Positions 55,617-62,220 of a stretch of DNA of 64,000 bases are shown here, one piece after another. The notes beneath the pieces are model-generated. The model was given only the letters and a program-made list of their open reading frames with translations, was not told the DNA's origin and made no database searches. Source of the stretch: an archaeon (lineage in GTDB: Archaea > Methanobacteriota_B > Thermococci > Methanofastidiosales > NM3); the NCBI GenBank assembly GCA_004212155.1, contig RXIG01000015.1, forward strand, positions 9,486-73,485, in the 5' to 3' direction. A program made the translations under genes and the position numbers. The first letter of the stretch is position 1; the number at the start of each line of letters is the position of its first letter.

Positions 55617-56366
55617 TTACTGGTTAAAAATACTTAATATTTTCTCGTGGATCTCTGGTGTGCTGCTTGCCACCAAGTTGATGTGATTGTCATCCATGCA
55701 CAGAGGGGAACCATCGAGGGCGCTGACGACACCGCCAGCGTTCTCCACAACGATCTTGCCTGCTGCAAAGTCCGTCGCGCGCATCTTGCCACGTACGTCG
55801 ACGAGTGCCAAAAGGCTTCCGTGGGCAACGTAGCACATCTCGAGGGCGACCGAACCCAGGCATCGCAGCTTGCTGCTGAAAGTACGCATTTCCTCGACAT
55901 ACCGTCCCCTGCGCGTATAAAGCGACACCATTGTCGACCGGTGCGTCCGTCTGAGCGGGCGGCCGTTTCGTAGCACCCCGTAGTCGCTCATTCCCTCAAA
56001 CCATTCATCCCACGCGAGATTGCGTACAAGGCCGTACTCCTTCTCGCCATCAAGATAGGCAAGTGATGTACAGTAGAAAGGCAGCCCAGCCATTGCATTG
56101 TTAGACCCGTCAACGGGGTCGAGTATGAGGGTGAAGTCATCACCGTATGAGATGGTCCCCGCCTCCTCACTGATGAGCGTGCATGCAATGTCGTGAGCCG
56201 TGATGTAATCGATGACCGCCTGTTCTGCAAGCTGATCGAAGTAGCGGGTCGTACCGCCAAGCGAGCTCTCACCGACGACCTCGTGGGCTCGACCGGTACG
56301 GATGGACTGTATGAGCGATTGATAGATGTTTTCTGATAACTGCCAGCAAAGCGTTCGTTCGTTCAT
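55617..56366 (-). CDS. Inositol monophosphatase-family phosphatase (FBPase/IMPase/NADP phosphatase type)
   Basis: ISEE, LDPVDGSNN and WDFAAG-like (TDFAAG) motifs. Confidence 0.82.
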   Translation of the reverse strand: MNERTLCWQLSENIYQSLIQSIRTGRAHEVVGESSLGGTTRYFDQLAEQAVIDYITAHDIACTLISEEAGTISYGDDFTLILDPVDGSNNAMAGLPFYCTSLAYLDGEKEYGLVRNLAWDEWFEGMSDYGVLRNGRPLRRTHRSTMVSLYTRRGRYVEEMRTFSSKLRCLGSVALEMCYVAHGSLLALVDVRGKMRATDFAAGKIVVENAGGVVSALDGSPLCMDDNHINLVASSTPEIHEKILSIFNQ

Positions 56367-56375
56367 GATACCATC

Positions 56376-56858
56376 TCAATATAATAAAAGACAAAGCGAA
56401 ACGCTGCATCCGCACTGTTTGACAACATGCGTCGCAGAAGTGACCTCGATCGATTCGACCTCTGCATCCCTGGATGCGACCATGGCGCGGGCGCGACGGA
56501 TTGCCTCGCGCTCGGCCTCCGTTCCGGAGCAGTGCCCATTGAACTCGGCAACGCACCCCACTGTGGACGTGGTCGTGGCACACGCTATGGCCGATGATAT
56601 CGTCGCTCCGGGCGTGTCGCTCTCGATGCGTGACATTACACAGTACATGAACGATCCCTCCTGAATGTCGCGGACCTCGCTTAGTGGTGCCTGCCGGCAA
56701 TAACGAGGGAGGATCGATGAGACGCCGATGAAGTTGAAGTTGGCAACGCCTCTCGCTCGAAGAGCCTCGTCGAAGGCGTTGAGAGGCGTATCCGAATCGG
56801 CATCAGTTGAGAGCAACACATAGCTGTGAGGTGCCAACATACAACAAGATGCGGTCAT
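56376..56858 (-). CDS. pdaD: Pyruvoyl-dependent arginine decarboxylase
   Basis: TPLNAFDEALRARGVANFNFIGVSSILP contains the self-cleaving Ser-Ser context. Length and layout match the M. jannaschii PdaD. Confidence 0.85.
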   Translation of the reverse strand: MTASCCMLAPHSYVLLSTDADSDTPLNAFDEALRARGVANFNFIGVSSILPRYCRQAPLSEVRDIQEGSFMYCVMSRIESDTPGATISSAIACATTTSTVGCVAEFNGHCSGTEAEREAIRRARAMVASRDAEVESIEVTSATHVVKQCGCSVSLCLLLY

Positions 56859-56970
56859 GCGCTTTTAAAGTCTTTGTTGGGCATTTCTACGCAATAAAGG
56901 AGCAATAATTTCAAGATATAGAAAAGTTTATATGGTCGCTTTTAAAGTGAAGTTGATAATAGGTGATCAT

Positions 56971-57369
56971 ATGGGGACTACAAAACCAGAACGTGTTGGA
57001 CAGCTCAAGGTAGGAAGATACATCGTCATTGATGATGAACCATGCAAAATCATAGCATATTCCACATCCTCGCCAGGAAAACACGGATCGGCAAAGGCGA
57101 AGTTGGATGCCAAAGGGCTTTTTGACCATCAAAAGCGGAGCCTCATCAAGCCCGTCGATGCGAAAGTGCCTGTTCCGATCATTGACAAGGCAAGCGCGAT
57201 GGTGACCGCCATCATGGGCAACACCGTGCAGATCATGGACATGACATCGTATGAATATTATGAACTTCCCATCTCAGACGACATCGAGGGAGACCTCCAG
57301 GAGGGCGCCCAGGTGGAGTATATGGAAACGATGGGACGCATGAAGATACTGCGAGTCAAGGGTTCATGA
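56971..57369 (+). CDS. eif5a: Translation initiation factor 5A (aIF5A)
   Basis: GRYIVIDDEPCKIIAYSTSSPGKHGSAKAKL carries the hypusine-site KHG context. GGTGAT lies directly upstream of the ATG at 56971. Confidence 0.9.
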   Translation: MGTTKPERVGQLKVGRYIVIDDEPCKIIAYSTSSPGKHGSAKAKLDAKGLFDHQKRSLIKPVDAKVPVPIIDKASAMVTAIMGNTVQIMDMTSYEYYELPISDDIEGDLQEGAQVEYMETMGRMKILRVKGS

Positions 57370-58208
57370 ACGAGGACATCTCCTTTTATACCTACAGAAA
57401 AACTGTGATACCCTTTTGCCTCACGGATATAACGGATGCTCGCTACGTCGTGACAGGGCATCCATTTGACGGGACGCAGACGGGGCTCACGGGGGCCAGG
57501 CACGGACCCACGTCACTGCGCACTGCGATGTTCGAACTTGAACAGTACGATCTTGAGACCGGTGTCGACCTTTCACAGGTCCCTATAAGCGACATTGGCG
57601 ACGTCGACTGTGTCCCTGGATCGTGTGAACAGACGTTCGAACGGATTGCACATACCGTATCAGCATTCCCTTCAAACGTGTGTGCGGTGGGAATCGGCGG
57701 AGAACACTCGGTCACCTACCCCATCGTCACCACGCTCAAGCCCGATATGGTCATCTCCTTTGACGCACATCCCGACCTCAGGGACGACTACATGGGTGTC
57801 ACGCTGTCCCATTCGGCAGTGATGCGCCGCATCCACGAGGATGGCATCGACGTTGCGTTGATTGGCGTTCGCGAAGGCTCGCGCAATGAGGCAGAATATG
57901 CCCGAGACAACGGCATACCTCTCGTGCCCCCCGATCGCTGGGACACGTTCGAGCTCCCTCGCAAAAAGAACATCTACATCTCGATAGACCTCGATGTTTT
58001 TGACGCCTTTGTCAACGTTGGCAATCCTCTTCCTGGCGGCATGCCGTTTGACCGCGTATGTGACATGCTAAAAACACTTGCCAGGGAAAACTCTGTACAG
58101 GGCATCGATATTGTAGAGCTGTGCTCAAATGGCGTTGATGGAACTGCGATGCTTGCAGCAAAGCTTGCATTCAAGTTCCTTGCCTATGACATGCTCAATG
58201 ATCGATGA
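57366..58208 (+). CDS. speB: Agmatinase (ureohydrolase family)
   Basis: GGEHSVTYP, FDAHPDL, SIDLDVFD motifs. ATGA overlap with aIF5A. Confidence 0.85.
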   Translation: MNEDISFYTYRKTVIPFCLTDITDARYVVTGHPFDGTQTGLTGARHGPTSLRTAMFELEQYDLETGVDLSQVPISDIGDVDCVPGSCEQTFERIAHTVSAFPSNVCAVGIGGEHSVTYPIVTTLKPDMVISFDAHPDLRDDYMGVTLSHSAVMRRIHEDGIDVALIGVREGSRNEAEYARDNGIPLVPPDRWDTFELPRKKNIYISIDLDVFDAFVNVGNPLPGGMPFDRVCDMLKTLARENSVQGIDIVELCSNGVDGTAMLAAKLAFKFLAYDMLNDR

Positions 58209-58232
58209 GATGCAGGTGAATGGGTAACACTA

Positions 58233-58257
58233 CGTTCGTTGCGAACGGGGTAAAAAA
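58233..58257. terminator. Convergent terminator region between speB and the small minus-strand ORF
   Basis: Hairpin cgttcg-ttg-cgaacg (58233-58247) followed by aaaaaa (58252-58257), which is a T6 run on the minus strand 7 nt after the small ORF stop. Confidence 0.3.
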
Positions 58258-58263
58258 GAGACG

Positions 58264-58404
58264 TTACAAAGCTTTTGTATCTTCCACGTATTCGACCGCT
58301 CGCTCAAGGAACTCGGCCCACGACTTCGCCTTCAATCTGAGCCGCATGTCCCACGCTCGCTCATAGAGATCTTCTTCACAGTTTTTTATTTCAATGTTTT
58401 TCAT
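58264..58404 (-). CDS. Unlisted 46-aa ORF with ribbon-helix-helix-like pattern
   Basis: Hand translation gives MKNIEIKNCEEDLYERAWDMRLRLKAKSWAEFLERAVEYVEDTKAL. AGGTGA lies 7 nt upstream of the ATG and an oligo-T follows the TAA. It is below the ORF-track length cut-off. Confidence 0.35.
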   Translation of the reverse strand: MKNIEIKNCEEDLYERAWDMRLRLKAKSWAEFLERAVEYVEDTKAL

Positions 58405-58423
58405 CGTATTCACCTGACGGGGA

Positions 58424-58454
58424 AGATAGGAGACAATTGAATCGTCTCCTATCT
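58424..58454. promoter_or_regulatory. 11-bp perfect inverted repeat (agataggagac-N9-gtctcctatct), candidate operator or 5'-UTR hairpin
   Basis: Read directly from the sequence. It lies 20 nt upstream of the small ORF ATG and downstream of an A/T-rich tatataatatt box at about 58486-58496. Confidence 0.4.
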
Positions 58455-58567
58455 CGTAGTTTGAGGGGAGGTCAAACAGTTGTGTATATAATATTGCTCA
58501 TCAATAGTATATAAATCTATCGGTAAATCTAAGTAAAAAAATATCACAATACTAAACTAAAAAAATA

Positions 58568-59320
58568 TTAATAAGTATCGATGAAGAAGGAGCGATCGAC
58601 GATCGCTATCTCATCTCCCAGCGATACCTCATCAACGTAGCCCACCCAGTACGACACCATGCCTGGCCCGAAGAGCTCGACGTAGTGCTTGAGCTGATTG
58701 TTGAAATCGTATCCCATCTGATACGGTGAACCGAAGCTGCCCTTGCTCTCGCACCAGTTGACCGTGATGCCGCCGATGACCTGGGGACAGTCGAAGAGGA
58801 AGTCGGGGGTCTTCTCCTTTCCTGCCATACGGCAGTCATCCTCGGTCATGTACGAAATGCACACATCGTCGAGCCAGGACTGTATTTGCTCCTCACAGAA
58901 GTTGCCTCGTTCCTTCTGGGCAGAGATGCCCTGGGGGGAGTAGATGAAGTCATTGTCGATGACCTCTTCGAACTCCTTTCGCATGCGTGTGTTCTTGATA
59001 AGGCCGGGATCGTGAAGGTACGCCTTGTACTGTTTCTTCGAGACGCCTAGCTGCTTGAGGATAAACGATGCGGTGAGAACGGGGGGGAACTCGCGTTCAT
59101 CGGCGATCTTTAGGAGCGTCTTTCCGGATTCCCACTCCCGTGCCATTCGTTCGCTCTGGCGTGCGATGACATGAAAATCCTTTTTCGTCTGTCGCACGAT
59201 CTTTTGTGAGAGTATGCTGTAGAGGACATCCTCTTGCACCTTGAAATGATGGGAAATGCGGGGTATGTCCCTGACACCCCCCAATCGACGGTATATCTTG
59301 TAAAACGTGTTCTTTCTCAT
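58568..59320 (-). CDS. TPD-motif PD-(D/E)XK nuclease-like protein, homolog of eukaryotic CDIN1 (C15orf41)
   Basis: KTPDFLF..VNWCESKGSFG..LFGPGMVSYWVGY parallels human CDIN1 KTPDFIL..IHWIESKASFG..RFGPGLVIYWYGF as I recall it. The N-terminal half is helical (HTH-like). Confidence 0.65.
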   Translation of the reverse strand: MRKNTFYKIYRRLGGVRDIPRISHHFKVQEDVLYSILSQKIVRQTKKDFHVIARQSERMAREWESGKTLLKIADEREFPPVLTASFILKQLGVSKKQYKAYLHDPGLIKNTRMRKEFEEVIDNDFIYSPQGISAQKERGNFCEEQIQSWLDDVCISYMTEDDCRMAGKEKTPDFLFDCPQVIGGITVNWCESKGSFGSPYQMGYDFNNQLKHYVELFGPGMVSYWVGYVDEVSLGDEIAIVDRSFFIDTY

Positions 59321-59323
59321 AAC

Positions 59324-60049
59324 CTATATCACACCTTCGCATTCGGCTCGCAATCGTTCCAGGAAGGCACTCATGAATGCATCTCTTTTTTCAGCGATGC
59401 GCCTTCCTTCCGATGTGAGCATCCTGTCCTTGATCTTGGATAGCTTGACCTTGTACTCCTTGATTGGCGAATGGGACGTATGGTCGACGGCCAGGTCATC
59501 ACCATGCTCTCGCTCGAACTCTTCCACGAGGCGCTGATTGTGTTCACCCGCATATGCATAAGCGCGAGCGATGCCTATGGCGCCGATAGCATCGAGCTTG
59601 TCGGCATCGTAGAGCACGCGCGCCTCGAGGGTCTCGGGCATCAAGCCGTCCCTGAAGCGATGCGTGGCGATGCAATGGACGACCTTTTGTATGAACGTGT
59701 CCTCAAATCCCATATCTGCAAGCAGCCCTTGGGCCAATTGCGCACCCTTGCGCGCATGGCAAACGGATATGTCGCGTTCCTCAAAACCCCTGCCGATGTC
59801 ATGAAGATATGCTGCACAGGACAACACTTCAAGGTCTGCACCCTCTATCCTGCCTATGTGCATGCAGAGATTGTGCACGCGTTCCACATGATCCCAATCA
59901 TGGGTGGGGCGCGCATCATCGAAGTAGTCTCGAGCTATCCTGATGAGCGATTCAGGCAGTACACTTGCTTTCACGTTCACAAATACGTGTCTTTGTTTAT
60001 AAGTTTTTTTAAAAAACATTCGTTGCAGTGCGAGGACATATAGGTGCAT
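59324..60049 (-). CDS. HD-domain phosphohydrolase (YedJ/YpgQ-like)
   Basis: HDWDHVERVHNL..AAYLHDIGR..HC..DADKLDAIGAIGIARA. Its stop lies 3 nt before the TPD gene start. Confidence 0.8.
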   Translation of the reverse strand: MHLYVLALQRMFFKKTYKQRHVFVNVKASVLPESLIRIARDYFDDARPTHDWDHVERVHNLCMHIGRIEGADLEVLSCAAYLHDIGRGFEERDISVCHARKGAQLAQGLLADMGFEDTFIQKVVHCIATHRFRDGLMPETLEARVLYDADKLDAIGAIGIARAYAYAGEHNQRLVEEFEREHGDDLAVDHTSHSPIKEYKVKLSKIKDRMLTSEGRRIAEKRDAFMSAFLERLRAECEGVI

Positions 60050-60132
60050 TACCCCGCATCAACGACACCTTTAAAACCTTAATCCTTGAAAAACTTATAA
60101 AGGAACCGTGACGATTTCGGTAAAGTGATGAC

Positions 60133-60813
60133 ATGATTGACAGGTACGTGGCTTACAGGCATGAGAAAGGCACGGTACAACAGGTAGACGAGACCGTGGC
60201 AGTAGAACACTCTCTTTCCATACAATGCGATGGATATGATCACGCCTTTCTCTGCAGCCCCGAAGACCTGGAGGAGCTTGCCCTCGGGCACCTGAAAACT
60301 ACGGGTCTCATCTCACACATCAACGACATAGCAGACATCTCCTTTGAGAAAGGTCATACCCGTGTTACCATACGGCGTGCCGATACTGCATCACCCCGAC
60401 ACGAGCACCATGTGCCACGGGTGAAGATGAGCACTGATGACCTCATGTCGCTTGCGCCATATGCCATGGCTCACTCCCCCCTCTTCGCGAAGACTGCTGC
60501 GTTCCACTATGCGTTCATCTTCGACGCAAATGCCACCCCCCTGCAGAGCGCATGCGATATCGGCAGATTCAATGCGATAGACAAGGCAGTTGGCATCTGT
60601 CTGAGGGAGGGGTTGGCGCTTGAGGGTACGGTACTCTTCACGACAGGGCGCATCATGACGCTGACAGTCAAGAAGGCACGAAACTGCGGTATCGCCATCA
60701 TCGTATCCAAGGCGCCCCCTACGCTCCAGGCGATAGAGTCAGCACGGGACGCCGGCATCTCCATCATAGGATTTGCACGAGGCGACAGATATACCGTCTA
60801 CACGGAAGAATGA
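60133..60813 (+). CDS. fdhD: FdhD-family protein (short form lacking the Cys-loop)
   Basis: CSPEDLEELALGHLKTTGLI, DIGRFNAIDKAVG, NCGIAIIVSKAPPT and GFARGDRYTVYT follow the FdhD order. No CxxC segment is present. Confidence 0.72.
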   Translation: MIDRYVAYRHEKGTVQQVDETVAVEHSLSIQCDGYDHAFLCSPEDLEELALGHLKTTGLISHINDIADISFEKGHTRVTIRRADTASPRHEHHVPRVKMSTDDLMSLAPYAMAHSPLFAKTAAFHYAFIFDANATPLQSACDIGRFNAIDKAVGICLREGLALEGTVLFTTGRIMTLTVKKARNCGIAIIVSKAPPTLQAIESARDAGISIIGFARGDRYTVYTEE

Positions 60814-61376
60814 CAATGGACCGGATAAGCATTGCTATCCTCTGTGGAGGGCGGGCCCGACGCTTCGGGAGGGATAAATCGTTTTTCAACTACCATGGAA
60901 AACCGCTCTACCGTTACGCGTATGATGAGCTAGCCCCCCTTTCCGACGACATCTTTCTCCAGTGCGGCAAGAAGGACACGCACACTTACGAGGTACGCAG
61001 CCACAACGACGACTATCTTGAAATTGGGCCGCTTGGAGGCATCTACTCGGCGCTCAGGCATGCTCGTCGCCCGCGTGTCTTCATGATAGCGTGCGACATG
61101 CCGTGCATAACGAAACGGTTCGTAACGACACTTCTCGAAGAATGGGGCGACATCGTTGTCCCAGTATGGGAGAATGGATACTTTGAACCGCTTTGTGCCG
61201 TCTATGCTCGCACTCTTGCCCCCCTCATCGAGTACAAGATGCTCCAGGGCGACTACAAGATAGCGTCTCTTTTTGACGATGTTGACGTAAAAGAGGTAAA
61301 AATAGAGCCCCTTATGGAAAGGGGCGTCATCCCCGTGGGGATGTTCAAAAACATTAACTACCCCAGCGATCTATGA
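60810..61376 (+). CDS. mobA: Molybdenum cofactor guanylyltransferase
   Basis: ILCGGRARRFGRDKSF, ..GPLGGIYSAL.., ACDMP motifs. 4-nt overlap with fdhD. Confidence 0.8.
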   Translation: MTMDRISIAILCGGRARRFGRDKSFFNYHGKPLYRYAYDELAPLSDDIFLQCGKKDTHTYEVRSHNDDYLEIGPLGGIYSALRHARRPRVFMIACDMPCITKRFVTTLLEEWGDIVVPVWENGYFEPLCAVYARTLAPLIEYKMLQGDYKIASLFDDVDVKEVKIEPLMERGVIPVGMFKNINYPSDL

Positions 61377-62207
61377 CTGTTCGCACGTCCACTTTCGCAC
61401 TTCGCGGTGATGTTCCGAGATGTAGCGCGTGATGATGACGGAAACGAAGGCGATGGTACCAAGCTTTCCTCCGCCACCGGGAACGAGATCGACCGTTGCC
61501 GTGTAGAGCATAGCGACGAAGATGCCTGCGATGGCAAAGTGTACGGGCCTGTCGAAGATGCGCGGAAACGCCGTCATGCCGGCAAAGGAACCCGAGTAGG
61601 CGACAAACGCCAGGGTCGCACCATACGTAGCGGAGATCTCCGGGAACAGGAGCCCGGCGATCAATCCTACGGTCGCAGAACCCAGCACCGCATCGGCGCA
61701 TTTGTTCGTGAAGACGCGTATGAAGACGTCCTTTCTGAGGTAGTACGTTGCGACCGTCGATATGACGCCAACGAGCAACACGAAGAGGAACCAGCTCACG
61801 GTCAATGATTCCAGGGCTGCGCCACTTACCGCATTGTACTCCACGCCAGCGATGGCAAGCACTACAAGCGAGAACAACACCGCCATGAAAGCGGTGGTGC
61901 CGAGCTTGCCGCCGTGCCCGAAGAAGTATCCCTTCCATGCAACAAAGATCACTCCGGCAACTGCCCCGAAGAGAATCGTGTAGTATATGGTTGGTATAAC
62001 GCCACATGAGCACATGCCGACAAACGACCCGCAAAAAATCTGGGGGGAAAGCTTGTTGAACACGGCGCCGCCAATAAGACCAACGATGGCCGAGGCAACG
62101 ACGCCACCCAATCCAAGCTCGTTGTTGAGATACCATGCTGCGATGGTACCGGCTATGACTGCCACTATCGAAATCACGTCTTTTTTATCTATATCCATCC
62201 TATCCAC
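61371..62207 (-). CDS. Polytopic membrane protein with internal duplication, unknown family
   Basis: The two halves share ..S/GSA.VGLI.G..F..GSF.GM..(~35 aa)..G.GGKLGT.AF..V. Lies between mobA and fdhA. Confidence 0.6.
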   Translation of the reverse strand: MDRMDIDKKDVISIVAVIAGTIAAWYLNNELGLGGVVASAIVGLIGGAVFNKLSPQIFCGSFVGMCSCGVIPTIYYTILFGAVAGVIFVAWKGYFFGHGGKLGTTAFMAVLFSLVVLAIAGVEYNAVSGAALESLTVSWFLFVLLVGVISTVATYYLRKDVFIRVFTNKCADAVLGSATVGLIAGLLFPEISATYGATLAFVAYSGSFAGMTAFPRIFDRPVHFAIAGIFVAMLYTATVDLVPGGGGKLGTIAFVSVIITRYISEHHREVRKWTCEQS

Positions 62208-62220
62208 CTAAAAATACAAG

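Noticed and set aside
61354-62136. 260-aa Arg/His/Cys-rich ORF on the same strand as the membrane protein gene. Similar cases are 21667..22305 inside the UbiA gene and 14151..14774 inside asnA.
   Set aside because: These are alternative frames of genes whose primary frame gives coherent TM helices or enzyme motifs. The out-of-frame products are Arg-rich nonsense-like sequences.
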